A stretch of 64,000 bases of DNA from Gemmatimonadota bacterium. GTDB lineage: Bacteria; Latescibacterota; UBA2968; UBA8231. Below are positions 28,844 through 39,054 of this stretch, piece by piece. The stretch spans positions 160,156 through 224,155 of the forward strand of contig JAYOYH010000001.1 of NCBI GenBank assembly GCA_038153405.1, given 5' to 3'. Every line of letters begins with the position of its first letter. The first letter of the stretch is position 1. Made by a program: the position numbers and the translations under genes. Below the pieces are notes generated by a model. The model was given only the letters and a program-made list of their open reading frames with translations. It did no database searches and was not told where the DNA came from.

Positions 28844-29830
28844 ATGGCGAATGGCGATTGCGCAATTGGCGTTGATGGGGGTGGATCACATACGCGGGCT
28901 GCCTTGGTGCGGCGCGATGGCCGTATCGTCAATGTGGTGCGCGGCAGCGGTGGCAACTTCCAGCAAGTCGGCTTAGGTGGCTTGGAGCAGCTGCTGCGCG
29001 GTATGCTGGGTTCCTGGGTGGAGCCGCCAGACGGTGAGCGTCCGCGGGCCATGTGTCTGGGGCTGGCCGGTGCTGGACGTCGAGCTGAACAGGAGGCCAT
29101 TGCCGCGCATATTACAGCGCTCGGTTGGGTAGGTGCAGTGCGCGTCGAGAGCGATGCGCGCACGGCGTTGGCGGCAGCCCATGCCGGCCAAGCGGGTGTC
29201 ATTGCCATTGCCGGAACGGGGTCGATGGTACTGGGAGTCAACGCGAGCGGCGAGTGGGTGCGCGCCGGGGGCTGGGGGCCGATTCTTGGCGATGAGGGCA
29301 GCGGTTATGATATTGCGCTAAGGGCTATACGCGCGGCGCTGGCCGCATGCGATGGCAGCGGTCCAGACACGGCGCTGGACGGCGCACTGCGCCATGAGTT
29401 GGGACTGGCAGAGTGGAGCGAGCTGGTGCCCAGAGTGTATGGCGGCGACCTAGACCGGGCGCGTCTGGCCGCGCTGGCGCCGATTGTGCTGAAGGTGGCT
29501 GAAGGCGGCGATCGGGTGGCCATGTCCGCCGTTGATGCCGCTGTGCGGGGGTTAGCCGGACAAATTGCCGCCGTCGCACGGCGTTTAGGGTACGGCGATT
29601 GCGTGCGCTTGGCCTACAGCGGCGGCGCGGTCGTCGGATCTGCTCTACTGCGCGAACAGATTGGACGGCAGCTCGCGGTAGAGGGATTCGTCGCAGAGAA
29701 CGCGCCGCTGCGCTTGGCGCCGGTGCTGGGGGCTGCACTGCTGGCTTGGGAGCAAGTGGGGGTTAAACTGGACGCAGCCGCCATGGTTGCGCTCGAACGG
29801 GATGGTGCGGCGCTCCTGGCAGAAACTTGA
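28844..29830 (+). CDS. BadF/BadG/BcrA/BcrD-type sugar kinase (GlcNAc/MurNAc kinase-like)
   Basis: IGVDGGGSHT, CLGLAG, SDA, IAGTGS, RAGGWGPILGDEGSG. Confidence 0.88.
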   Translation: MANGDCAIGVDGGGSHTRAALVRRDGRIVNVVRGSGGNFQQVGLGGLEQLLRGMLGSWVEPPDGERPRAMCLGLAGAGRRAEQEAIAAHITALGWVGAVRVESDARTALAAAHAGQAGVIAIAGTGSMVLGVNASGEWVRAGGWGPILGDEGSGYDIALRAIRAALAACDGSGPDTALDGALRHELGLAEWSELVPRVYGGDLDRARLAALAPIVLKVAEGGDRVAMSAVDAAVRGLAGQIAAVARRLGYGDCVRLAYSGGAVVGSALLREQIGRQLAVEGFVAENAPLRLAPVLGAALLAWEQVGVKLDAAAMVALERDGAALLAET

Positions 29831-29902
29831 CAAGGTATTTCTGGCCCTTATCATTATTCAACTATCCCCTCGATACAGACTGCAAGGCGAGTCGCAAGTG
29901 AT

Positions 29903-30934
29903 ATGGAAACTAAATCGGCTGATATTAATCGGCGAGAGATTCAGGTCCTGCAGGCACTAGTCCGGGCGCATATCGCCTTAGGGACTCCGGTGGGCTCGCG
30001 CACGCTGAGCGAACAGTACGGCGTCGGTGCGAGTTCGGCCACCGTTCGCAACGCCTTGGCCAATCTGGAGGAGAAGGGGTATGTGCACCAGCCGCATACT
30101 TCGGCGGGGCGCGTGCCTACGGAGCGGGGGTATCGCTTTTACGTCATGCAGTGCATGTCCGACGATGCACTGGGGTTGGAAGCCGGTGGTGCGGAACTGC
30201 GTCACCAGTTGGAGATGCAGCTGCGCGAAGGGGATATGCAGGAGATCATGGCGCAGCTAGCCCATATTATCGGCAAGATATCTAAACAGCTGGGGTTGGT
30301 GCTGGCGCCGCGCTTTGAGCGGGGCGTGCTCGGTCGCCTCGAGCTGGTGCACCTGGCCGACAACCGCTTGCTGTTGGTCGTATCCATCAACCAAGGTCTG
30401 GTCAAAAGCTTGGTGATCGAAGTGGGCTCGCGCATTTCGCGCGAGGACGTGCAGCTGACCGGTCGCTGGTTGAACGAGCGCCTGTCGGGTTTGAAGCTGG
30501 CAGAGATTCGCCATACGATGCGCGAACGCCTGCAGCCGCTGGCCGATAGCAACCCGCAGCTGGTGCGCGCCGTCGTCGACGAAATAGAGGCGCTGGTGCA
30601 GGGCACGGCGAGCGACCTGCACGTTTCGGGCACCAGTAACTTGTGCCTGCATCCGGAGTTTGGCGATTCGCTGCAGGTGGCCGGGCTGGTCGATTTGGCG
30701 GAAAAGAAAGACCTATTGGCCGGGCTTATGAGCGAGCGGCGCGGCGTGGTGGTAACCATCGGCGAGGACCATCCCCTCGCGGCGCTGCAGCGCTGCGGGA
30801 TGGTTACGGCCAGCTACGAGGTCGGTGGGGGATCGGGGGTCATCGGGATCATTGGCCCCACCCGTATGCCCTATGACTCTCTCATGGCCTTGGTCAACTA
30901 TGCGGCCTCGCGTGCTGCACAGCTGGTTTGTTAG
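29903..30934 (+). CDS. hrcA: Heat-inducible transcription repressor HrcA
   Basis: PVGSRTL...SSATVRNALANLEEKGYVHQPHTSAGRVPTERGYRFYV; IIGPTRMPY; TTGACA-N16-TATCAT upstream (29827-29854). Confidence 0.96.
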   Translation: METKSADINRREIQVLQALVRAHIALGTPVGSRTLSEQYGVGASSATVRNALANLEEKGYVHQPHTSAGRVPTERGYRFYVMQCMSDDALGLEAGGAELRHQLEMQLREGDMQEIMAQLAHIIGKISKQLGLVLAPRFERGVLGRLELVHLADNRLLLVVSINQGLVKSLVIEVGSRISREDVQLTGRWLNERLSGLKLAEIRHTMRERLQPLADSNPQLVRAVVDEIEALVQGTASDLHVSGTSNLCLHPEFGDSLQVAGLVDLAEKKDLLAGLMSERRGVVVTIGEDHPLAALQRCGMVTASYEVGGGSGVIGIIGPTRMPYDSLMALVNYAASRAAQLVC

Positions 30935-30976
30935 GCCCCGCACTGCGAGGTTCAATTTTTATACTAAAGGAGAACG

Positions 30977-31570
30977 ATGAGCGAGAGAGAATCGACGGAG
31001 GGACAGACGCTAGACGGGCGCGATGCCGCTGGGGAAGAGCAGGTTGAGGTGGGTGCTACACAAGGGGAAGAAGCCGATGCGGCCGAGGTGTCAGAAGAGT
31101 TGAGTCCAGACCAACAGTTGGTCGCTGCGCGCGAGGAAGCCGCTGCTCATTACGACCGCTACCTGCGCTCCGTGGCCGAGTTGGACAACTTTCGCAAGCG
31201 CACGGCGCGCATGCGGGCCGACGTGCGCGAAGAAACCCTGCGCGACGTCCTATTGCAGGTGGCTCCGGTCCTCGACAATATGCGTCGTGCTCTTGATCAA
31301 GAGACCCAGGACGTCGACGCGCTCAAGCAGGGTATCGAACTGACGTACGCCCAGCTCAACGGCGCCCTCGACGGGTATGGGCTCAAGCCGATCGAGGCGG
31401 TAGACCAGCGCTTTGACCCCAATGTGCACGAGGCAATGCTCGAGGTCGAAGATGCCGAACGCGAGCCGGGTACCGTCATACAGGAAATGGAAAAGGGATA
31501 CACGCTAAACGGCAAGGTCGTGCGGCCGGCGCGCGTAATCGTTAGCAAGGCGCCAAGCGAGGGAGAATAG
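30977..31570 (+). CDS. grpE: Nucleotide exchange factor GrpE
   Basis: YLRSVAELDNFRKR; FDPNVHEAM; KGYTLNGKVVRPARVIV. Confidence 0.97.
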   Translation: MSERESTEGQTLDGRDAAGEEQVEVGATQGEEADAAEVSEELSPDQQLVAAREEAAAHYDRYLRSVAELDNFRKRTARMRADVREETLRDVLLQVAPVLDNMRRALDQETQDVDALKQGIELTYAQLNGALDGYGLKPIEAVDQRFDPNVHEAMLEVEDAEREPGTVIQEMEKGYTLNGKVVRPARVIVSKAPSEGE

Positions 31571-31588
31571 CCCGGATCGGGCATAGCA

Positions 31589-32728
31589 ATGGCAAAGAGA
31601 GATTACTATGAAGTGTTGGGCGTGGGACGCGAGGCCGGCGAGGGCGAGGTAAAGAGCGCCTACCGCAAACTCGCCCTCAAATACCATCCGGATCGCAACC
31701 AGGGAAACGCCGAAGCAGAAGAGATGTTTAAAGAAGCGTCCGAAGCCTACGAAGTGCTATCCGACGCCGACAAGCGCGCGCAGTACGATCGCTACGGGCA
31801 CGCTGGCGTCGAGGGCAATTTTGCCGGCGGAGGGTTCCAGTGGTCGGATTTCAGCCACGCATCGGATTTCCAAGACATCTTCGGCGATATCTTCGACTCG
31901 TTTTTTGGCGGCGGTGGTCGACGGCGAGGTCCGGCCGGGCCGCCGCGCGGCCGCGATCTGAAGATCAAGGTTGCGCTCTCTCTGGGCGAGATTATGACCG
32001 GAGTGGAGAAACAGATTAACCTCACGCGCTTTCAGGGATGTGAAACGTGCCGTTCGACGGGTGCTGCGCCCGGGGCCAGCCGCGAGAAATGTTCCACCTG
32101 CGGCGGCGTTGGGCAGGTCCAGCAGGTGGCGCGCACCTTATTTGGTCAACAGATGACCGTGACGGCTTGTCCAGCCTGCGGCGGTGAGGGCAGCACCGTC
32201 ACCGAGCGCTGTGACGACTGTAGCGGGGAAGGCCGCGTGCGCGGTCAGACGCGGTTGACCGTGCGCATTCCGGCCGGCGTCCAGGAAGGCAACTACATTC
32301 CGCTGCGTGGCCAGGGCGAAGTCGGGCCACGCGGAGGCCAGGCCGGCGATTGCCTTGTATTCATAGAAGAGAAGGAAGACGCGAAATTTACCCGCGACGG
32401 CAACGATATCATCCTGCAACTCCCCGTTAGCTTCGCGCAGGCCGCGCTCGGCGCCGAGGTCGAAGTGCCGACGCTGCAGGGGCAGGCCATGCTAAAAATT
32501 CCGGCGGGCACGCAGGCCGGTCGGATTTTTCGCATGACGCGCAAGGGGCTACCCGACGTCAACGGACGCAGTGTGGGCGATCAATTGGTGCAGGTGCTGT
32601 TGTGGACCCCGCAGGAATTGAGCCGGGAGGAGCGCGTGCTGTTTGAGGAGTTGGCCAAACTAGAGCAGGAACGCGTCCGCTCCGAAGGCGAGAGCTTTTT
32701 CGATCGGATTCGCAAGGCATTCAGTTAA
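31589..32728 (+). CDS. dnaJ: Chaperone DnaJ
   Basis: J-domain HPD, G/F region, four CxxCx(G)xG repeats. Confidence 0.98.
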   Translation: MAKRDYYEVLGVGREAGEGEVKSAYRKLALKYHPDRNQGNAEAEEMFKEASEAYEVLSDADKRAQYDRYGHAGVEGNFAGGGFQWSDFSHASDFQDIFGDIFDSFFGGGGRRRGPAGPPRGRDLKIKVALSLGEIMTGVEKQINLTRFQGCETCRSTGAAPGASREKCSTCGGVGQVQQVARTLFGQQMTVTACPACGGEGSTVTERCDDCSGEGRVRGQTRLTVRIPAGVQEGNYIPLRGQGEVGPRGGQAGDCLVFIEEKEDAKFTRDGNDIILQLPVSFAQAALGAEVEVPTLQGQAMLKIPAGTQAGRIFRMTRKGLPDVNGRSVGDQLVQVLLWTPQELSREERVLFEELAKLEQERVRSEGESFFDRIRKAFS

Positions 32729-32778
32729 ATTTGACCGTGTCGCACAGCCGTGCGGCATATTTGCAACTGGGAACGGCC

Positions 32779-33603
32779 ATGCAGTTTTTCTCCAAAAAGA
32801 AGCAGACCGACGGCGGGGTGCCCAGAACGCTCTTTGCCGAAGGGCCGCTTGCCGATGTGCGCAACGCCGTGGCTATTGCCAGCGGTAAGGGCGGCGTTGG
32901 CAAGTCGACGCTCAGCATCAACCTGGCGGTGAGCTTGGCCGCTCAGGGCGCTGCTGTAGGTTTGCTCGATGCCGATATATATGGTCCCAGTATTCCGCTG
33001 ATGGCGGGAGTGAGTGGAGAGCCGGCCCTGGCCAACCAACAGAACCTGTTGCCGGTCAAGGCGCACGGCATCAGTCTGATGTCGATCGGTTTTATCGCCG
33101 GTAGAGATGCCCCCGTTATCTGGCGCGGTCCTCTCCTGGCGCGCGCGCTACAGCAGTTTCTCCACCAGGTCGAATGGGGCGCACTCGACTACTTATTGAT
33201 CGACTTGCCACCGGGAACGGGCGATATACCGCTCACGCTGAGTCAGTCCATTGCCCTGTCGGGTGCCGTGGTTGTAACCACGCCGCAGAGCGTGGCATTA
33301 GAAGATGTCGAGCGCGGCATGGCCATGTTCGAGAAAGTAGAAGTCGATGTGCTCGGGGTGGTGGAAAACATGAGCTACTACCTGTGCCCCAACTGCGATA
33401 AGCGACACGAAATATTTGGCAAGGGAGGCGGTAGCGCCGCGGCCAAGCGCAACGGCGTTCCCTTTTTGGGCGAAGTTCCGCTGCTCGCGGCCATACGCTC
33501 TGCCGGAGATGGGGGACGCCCCGCCGCTCTGGAAAAACAGTACGAGTCGATATTCGCTCCCCTTGCTACCGGCCTAGTCGAACAGCTGCGCTCGCTCGTC
33601 TAG
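32779..33603 (+). CDS. mrp: Mrp/NBP35 (ApbC) Fe-S carrier ATPase
   Basis: ASGKGGVGKST, DADIYGPS, WRGP, DLPPGTGD, ENMSYYLCPNC. Confidence 0.93.
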   Translation: MQFFSKKKQTDGGVPRTLFAEGPLADVRNAVAIASGKGGVGKSTLSINLAVSLAAQGAAVGLLDADIYGPSIPLMAGVSGEPALANQQNLLPVKAHGISLMSIGFIAGRDAPVIWRGPLLARALQQFLHQVEWGALDYLLIDLPPGTGDIPLTLSQSIALSGAVVVTTPQSVALEDVERGMAMFEKVEVDVLGVVENMSYYLCPNCDKRHEIFGKGGGSAAAKRNGVPFLGEVPLLAAIRSAGDGGRPAALEKQYESIFAPLATGLVEQLRSLV

Positions 33604-33691
33604 TTCCTCGTTTCAACGCCCTTAACGCCCCCTGTCGCCCCCTTGTTCGGCTTGCCACCCATTTGCCGACCTCACTATCTTAGCTACTACT

Positions 33692-34555
33692 ATGGAGCGG
33701 AGCTGGCATTCTCTACATATCCGTCTACCTGTCGCTTTCGTCGAAGCCATTAGCGCGCTGTGCTTTGATATGGGTAGCTGTGGCACGGAAGTCGATGACG
33801 CGGGAGAGCAGGCGCAAATAAAAGCCTACTTTCCCGCCGACTGCGCCGTGGGCACAATCGAAGCAGAACTCTGCTCATTTGCCGAGATGATCGGCGCAGG
33901 GGAAATCGCCATAGAGCGCGTCGAGGTGGCCGAAGCAGATTGGGAAGCGGAGTGGCGCCGCTTTTTTCGTCCCGTTTGGGCCACGCCCAATGTCGTTATT
34001 CACCCCTCGTGGATTCCCGTTGACGCCGGCGATGCGCTGGCGATCATAATCGATCCCAACATGGCCTTTGGCACGGGCGGGCACGAATCGACCCAGCTGT
34101 GCCTACAGGCGTTGGAGAGCCGTGTAAAAGCGGGGATGCGCTGCCTCGACTTGGGTACGGGCAGCGGCGTGCTGTCCATTGCGGCAGCACAGTGGGGGGC
34201 CGAGCACGTCCTGGCGCTGGACATCGATCCCACTGCAGTGGATAACGCGCGCATGAACGCAGAGCTCAACGGCGTCTCGTCTTCCCGCGTCGAAGTGCGC
34301 GTCGGTAGCATAGGCGACTGCGATAGCGCAGCGCCGTGCGATTTGATCGTCGCCAACATCCAGAGCCACGTATTGTTGCCCATATTAACCGACGTGCGCG
34401 ATTGTACGGTGATCGGAGGCGCGGCCATCTTCTCTGGCCTATTGGTCCGCGAGCGCGAGGCATTCTGCGCCGGCGTAGAAGATGCGGGTTTTGTCGTAGA
34501 AGAAGTCGCAGGCAAGAACGAGTGGATCTGCGTCGCGGCGCGCCGGGCGATATAG
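33692..34555 (+). CDS. prmA: Ribosomal protein L11 methyltransferase
   Basis: IDPNMAFGTGGHEST, LDLGTGSGVL, DLIVANI. Confidence 0.95.
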   Translation: MERSWHSLHIRLPVAFVEAISALCFDMGSCGTEVDDAGEQAQIKAYFPADCAVGTIEAELCSFAEMIGAGEIAIERVEVAEADWEAEWRRFFRPVWATPNVVIHPSWIPVDAGDALAIIIDPNMAFGTGGHESTQLCLQALESRVKAGMRCLDLGTGSGVLSIAAAQWGAEHVLALDIDPTAVDNARMNAELNGVSSSRVEVRVGSIGDCDSAAPCDLIVANIQSHVLLPILTDVRDCTVIGGAAIFSGLLVREREAFCAGVEDAGFVVEEVAGKNEWICVAARRAI

Positions 34556-35316
34556 TGGCGGCGTTTTGGGTGGATAGCAGCGACGTTTTCGACGGGCAAC
34601 TCGTGCTGCGCGGAGAGGAAGCCCACCACGTGCACAAGGTTCGCCGCCAGCAGATCGGGGACTTTATCGACGCGGTCGATGGCGAGGGGCATTCGTATAG
34701 GGCGCAGTTAGTGGAGATCGGGCGCGATCGAGTCGTCGCCGCCGTAGTTGAGCATGGCGTCGACACGGGCGAAAGCCCGGTGCGCTTTGTGCTGGCCCCC
34801 GCCCTGCTCAAGGGGCAGCGCTTTGACTTCGTCGTGGAAAAGGCAACGGAGCTGGGCGTTGCCGCGATTTGGCCCACGCTGAGCGCGCGCGGCGTCGCGC
34901 GCGCCGGTTCGGATGCCAAGGTAGAGCGATGGCAGCGCTTAGCGCGGGCTGCCGTAAAGCAGTGTGGGCGCAGCCGATTGCCCCAGCTGAAACCCCCTGA
35001 GGCATTCGACGTTGTCGTCAGGCATCTAATCGAGTCCTGCGACGTCGTCTTTATGGGCGCGCTGAGCGAAAGCGGCACGGCACGCGTGGGCATAGGGGGC
35101 GAAGAGGCGGTCTCTTCCGCCGGCTTGCTGATCGGCCCGGAGGGCGGGTTCTCTCCCGGAGAGATCGCATTGGCCCAGGGCTTGGGCGTGCGCACTTTTT
35201 GCTGGGGCGAGCGCGTGCTGCGCGCCGATACGGCCAGCATCGTGCTATCGGGTTTGTTGTTGAGCGCCTGTGCGCGCAGTACTCACACCAGTGGAAAGGC
35301 GATCTATGGGGACTAG
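34555..35316 (+). CDS. rsmE: 16S rRNA m3U1498 methyltransferase RsmE
   Basis: [42 protein letters not shown] start overlaps the prmA stop. Confidence 0.93.
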   Translation: MAAFWVDSSDVFDGQLVLRGEEAHHVHKVRRQQIGDFIDAVDGEGHSYRAQLVEIGRDRVVAAVVEHGVDTGESPVRFVLAPALLKGQRFDFVVEKATELGVAAIWPTLSARGVARAGSDAKVERWQRLARAAVKQCGRSRLPQLKPPEAFDVVVRHLIESCDVVFMGALSESGTARVGIGGEEAVSSAGLLIGPEGGFSPGEIALAQGLGVRTFCWGERVLRADTASIVLSGLLLSACARSTHTSGKAIYGD

Positions 35317-35758
35317 CATTTTGGTGCTGCACGGTCCGAACCTCAATTTGCTGGGCGTTCGAGAGCCCGATGTCTACGGGCGGGAAACGCTGGCCGATGT
35401 CGACCGACTCGTGTGCGCAGAAGGCGAGTCACTTGGCGTTCGCGTGCACTGCTTTCAGTCCAATATCGAAGGCGAGTTAGTCAACGCCCTGCACGCAGCG
35501 CGCGAACGCGATGCCGGCGTCGTTATCAATCCGGGTGCTTTGACCCATTACAGCATTGCGCTGCGCGATGCTGTGGCCGGTATCGGGCTGCCCTGTGTCG
35601 AAGTACACCTTTCCAACGTGCACGCACGCGAGGCCTTTCGCCACCACTCGGTTATCGCCCCGGTTTGCCTGGGCCAAATCGCCGGCTTCTCCCTGCACAG
35701 CTACGTATTGGGGCTTCGCGCTCTGGTGCACCATCTGAGAGAGAACGATCGTGCGTAA
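35306..35758 (+). CDS. aroQ: Type II 3-dehydroquinate dehydratase
   Basis: [44 protein letters not shown]. Confidence 0.97.
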   Translation: MGTSILVLHGPNLNLLGVREPDVYGRETLADVDRLVCAEGESLGVRVHCFQSNIEGELVNALHAARERDAGVVINPGALTHYSIALRDAVAGIGLPCVEVHLSNVHAREAFRHHSVIAPVCLGQIAGFSLHSYVLGLRALVHHLRENDRA

Positions 35759-37097
35759 ACTTGCTCTCATCGCCTTTTCGGCGTGGCTGGCATTGCCGCT
35801 GTGGGCCGGGCCAACGCTGCGCGTAAACCGTCCGCAGGTCAATGTGCGCGCCGATGCGACGGTGCAGTCTGCGCGCATCGCCGTGTTGAGCAGCGGCGAG
35901 CGCGTGGAAAAAGTCGAAAACAAAGACGAGTGGAATCAGGTGCGTCTGTCCGATGGCCGGTTGGGATGGTTGCACGGCGACCTGGTACAGGAGCTGTGGA
36001 CGGTCACGGGTGAGAAGGTGCGCGTGCGGGCTTCGGGATCTACCGCGGCGGCCACGGTGGCCCTCGTTGAGCGCGGCAGCGAACTGGCCGTATTGGACAA
36101 GCGGGGCAACTGGTTCGAAGTCGACTTGCCGGATGGCCAACGAGGGTGGATTTGGCGGGAACTGATCGAGCCGCTACAGATGGCCACTGCGATCGCTGTG
36201 CCGCCCGCCGTCGATGACGACGAACCAGCCGTTGCTCAGGTCGTCGCCATTGAAGCATCTGAGGCTGTCGACGATGCGTTGGATGAAGAAGAGCTGCCCG
36301 AGGGGAGCATTCTCAACCCCTATGCCGAAGGGCTGCAGCGGGAAGCGGAAGGCGATTATCGCCGAGCGTTAGAACATTTTGAGGCCGTTCTTAGAGAAGA
36401 TCCCAACCACCTGCGCGCCCTGCTGCACGCGGCGCGCGCCCATCGCGAACTCGGTCAATTCGACGCGGCGCTGGCCAAGCTCTACCGAGCCGCTGAGGCC
36501 GGCGAAGGCCGCCGCGAAATGGCAGATTTGTACCGGACCATTGGCCAGATCGATAGCGCTGCTAAATACAGTGCGCTGGCGCGCGGAGAGACATGGCAAG
36601 AGAAGGCCGATGTCGAGCGCACCCCGGAGTTTACAGCAAGCGATGTGGAAGATTGGTGGATCTATGCCGTGGCAGGTGGAGTCGGTCTATGCGCTCTGCT
36701 CGCGGCGTTTTTCCTCCTATCGCGCCGGAAAAAGAGCGCCCCGGCCGTCGAGCAGACGCCGCGCACCAAGTTTGCGCGCGCTATGGAGCAAGCCCGTCCA
36801 CAAAACCTGCCTAAGGACAGCGGCGAAGAGCGCGAATTAGAGCGCCAAATAGAGGAAAAGAGAGAGGCCCTGCGCGACAGTGCACGCGCTTTTATTGGCG
36901 AGGGAAGTGGCGGCGTTGGCGCCGACGAGGATGCGCTGTTGGATGGTTTGCTAACGCAGCTGGAAGGGCTGCGCAAGGCGCTGGACGCCCAAGACGAGCG
37001 CGCGCGAATCTACGCCGAGCTCGTGCGGTTGCAGAATGCCAAAATCGAGACGATGGAACGAGAGCTACAGCTGCTGCGCCGACGCCGTAGGAGCTAG
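35751..37097 (+). CDS. Membrane protein: signal peptide, two bacterial SH3 domains, TPR, TM helix, cytoplasmic coiled coil
   Basis: VNVRAD...[14 protein letters not shown] and VRVRASG...[17 protein letters not shown]-like helices; WWIYAVAGG...FFLL TM. Confidence 0.75.
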   Translation: MRKLALIAFSAWLALPLWAGPTLRVNRPQVNVRADATVQSARIAVLSSGERVEKVENKDEWNQVRLSDGRLGWLHGDLVQELWTVTGEKVRVRASGSTAAATVALVERGSELAVLDKRGNWFEVDLPDGQRGWIWRELIEPLQMATAIAVPPAVDDDEPAVAQVVAIEASEAVDDALDEEELPEGSILNPYAEGLQREAEGDYRRALEHFEAVLREDPNHLRALLHAARAHRELGQFDAALAKLYRAAEAGEGRREMADLYRTIGQIDSAAKYSALARGETWQEKADVERTPEFTASDVEDWWIYAVAGGVGLCALLAAFFLLSRRKKSAPAVEQTPRTKFARAMEQARPQNLPKDSGEERELERQIEEKREALRDSARAFIGEGSGGVGADEDALLDGLLTQLEGLRKALDAQDERARIYAELVRLQNAKIETMERELQLLRRRRRS

Positions 37098-37669
37098 AAG
37101 TTGTAGGTTACGCGCAGGAGGGGATCGCCGTCGCTGCTGGCGCCCAATTCGGGAAAGACGCGCCGCGTCGCCTTGCGCGGTATGAGCGAAACGCCGAGAC
37201 TGCCAGCGGATAGAACGGCGGTAGACCAGCCGTAGATTCGCGCCCGGGAGGCCTTGTCGTCGAGTTTCTGTGCGCGCGATAGCTGTCCGTGCTCTCGGTT
37301 TAACTCGGCCTCTTGCTCGTTGTCCGATGCGCGGTCAAACTGCAGCCAGGAGAGCAGGCCAAAGGCCACGGCACCGCCCATGAAGCTGATATAGGGGAAT
37401 TCGGTTATAGTGATGGTTTTTGCCCCGCCTCCCAAGGATTCCAGCGTGACTATTTTATCGATTTCCGTGCGCTCAAAGGTGAAGATTTTCTCCTCCACGC
37501 GCATAATGATGAGCTCGGAGCCCTTTTCGACCAATTTCCCCTCGACTAGGGTGCCGTCACCCAAGTAAAGGCGCGTGTCGGCGCGTTCGGGACCAGCCGT
37601 CTGAGCGATCGCGGGAAAGACGAACAGCGAGAGGGCGAGCAGAGTGCAATACGTAATGTTGCGCATCAT
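37094..37669 (-). CDS. Hypothetical exported/membrane protein
   Basis: AGGAG RBS, signal peptide MMRNITYCTLLALSLFVFPAIA, LYLGDGTLVEGKLV domain, two hydrophobic segments. Confidence 0.7.
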   Translation of the reverse strand: MMRNITYCTLLALSLFVFPAIAQTAGPERADTRLYLGDGTLVEGKLVEKGSELIIMRVEEKIFTFERTEIDKIVTLESLGGGAKTITITEFPYISFMGGAVAFGLLSWLQFDRASDNEQEAELNREHGQLSRAQKLDDKASRARIYGWSTAVLSAGSLGVSLIPRKATRRVFPELGASSDGDPLLRVTYNF

Positions 37670-37785
37670 GATTCGAACTCCTACAAGGTGCATTCGGCAG
37701 GTCAAGCCGAAATATACGAGGCAGATACCCCGTGTCAATAGATGAGACTTCCAGCCAACAGCCGCGTTCCCCTTCTTTCGCAGAT

Positions 37786-39054
37786 ATGACGATTGAGGCG
37801 CTGCGCGCGCTCTCGATGGATTGGTCTGAAGATTCACCCGAGTGGTCTTTATTGGAGCGCGACGCGCGGGTCGGTGTGCGCCGCCTCGCCGTTCAAGCGC
37901 GCAAACGCTGGGCGCGCGAACGGGCCGAGCGAGCCCGCCGCGTCGAATTATTGCAGTTCGAGCAGCGCCTGTGGGGACGCGGTGTAGAGTGGGTCGCCGG
38001 AGTGGATGAGGCCGGGCGGGGCTGTTTGGCCGGCCCGGTGGTCGCGGCGGCGGTGATCCTGCCACCCGATGCCGAATTGCCGGGACTGGACGATTCAAAA
38101 AAGCTATCGCCGCGCCGCCGCGAGGAACTCTTCGATGCAATACGAGCACAGGCTGTTGCCACTAGTATTGCAGAGGTCGACGCGCAAGAGATCGATCGCA
38201 TCAATATTCTACAGGCTTCACTCAAGGCGATGCGCGAAGCGCTCGGTGCTTTGCAAACTGCTCCCCAACACGTGCTCGTCGACGGCCACGTGCGACCGGG
38301 GAGCGCGTTTGAGGAGACCGCCCTGGTCGATGGCGACGCGCGCTCCCTGTCCATCGCCGCCGCATCGGTGCTGGCCAAAGTGTATCGCGATCGCCTAATG
38401 GTAGAATGGGACGCGCGCTACCCGGACTATGGCTTTGCCGGTCACAAAGGATACGGCAGTCCCGACCATATGGCCGCCTTGCGCAATCGCGGTCCCTGCC
38501 CGCTGCACCGGCGCAGCTTTGCCCCCGTAGCCGAGCGATTGCAGCCGGTGCGGTCGGCCGCCTACGCTAGTTTTGCTGAGGGGATTGGTGCCGCCGAATC
38601 GCCGGGTGAATTGGAGCGCATGGCCCACTTTATCAAGGAGGCCAGCGGCGCTCTCGTCGACGATGAACTGCGCGCTCTGCGCAGTGTGTACCGCGCGCGT
38701 CAGGCTCAGCTACAGGACATCGGTCGCCGGGGCGAGGCACGTGCCGAACGATACCTAGTAGAGGCCGGTTATGCAGTGCTTGAAAGGCGCTACAGAGGGG
38801 CAGGCGGCGAGATTGACCTGATCGTTTTTAGAGGGGACGAGTGCGTTTTCGTCGAAGTGAAAGCGAGTGCGCGCATAGATGGTTACGCTCCCGAGGAGCG
38901 CGTCGATAACCCCAAGCGCCAGCGCCTCATCCGCGCGGCCAGGCAGTACGCGAGTGCCAATACGACACCGGTGAACTATCGCTTTGACGTCATTGTGGTG
39001 GCGCTGGACGGAGAGGAAGCAGTAGAACACTGGCCGGATGCGTTTCGACCCTAG
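37786..39054 (+). CDS. rnhB: Ribonuclease HII fused to a C-terminal YraN (UPF0102) PD-(D/E)xK domain
   Basis: [44 protein letters not shown]; then GRRGE..A..YL...GEIDLI...FVEVK...RFDVI in one open frame. Confidence 0.9.
   Translation: MTIEALRALSMDWSEDSPEWSLLERDARVGVRRLAVQARKRWARERAERARRVELLQFEQRLWGRGVEWVAGVDEAGRGCLAGPVVAAAVILPPDAELPGLDDSKKLSPRRREELFDAIRAQAVATSIAEVDAQEIDRINILQASLKAMREALGALQTAPQHVLVDGHVRPGSAFEETALVDGDARSLSIAAASVLAKVYRDRLMVEWDARYPDYGFAGHKGYGSPDHMAALRNRGPCPLHRRSFAPVAERLQPVRSAAYASFAEGIGAAESPGELERMAHFIKEASGALVDDELRALRSVYRARQAQLQDIGRRGEARAERYLVEAGYAVLERRYRGAGGEIDLIVFRGDECVFVEVKASARIDGYAPEERVDNPKRQRLIRAARQYASANTTPVNYRFDVIVVALDGEEAVEHWPDAFRP

Noticed and set aside
29860..29900. CIRCE operator upstream of hrcA (also checked 30931-30955 before grpE)
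   Set aside because: Only loose half-site resemblance with the wrong spacing versus TTAGCACTC-N9-GAGTGCTAA
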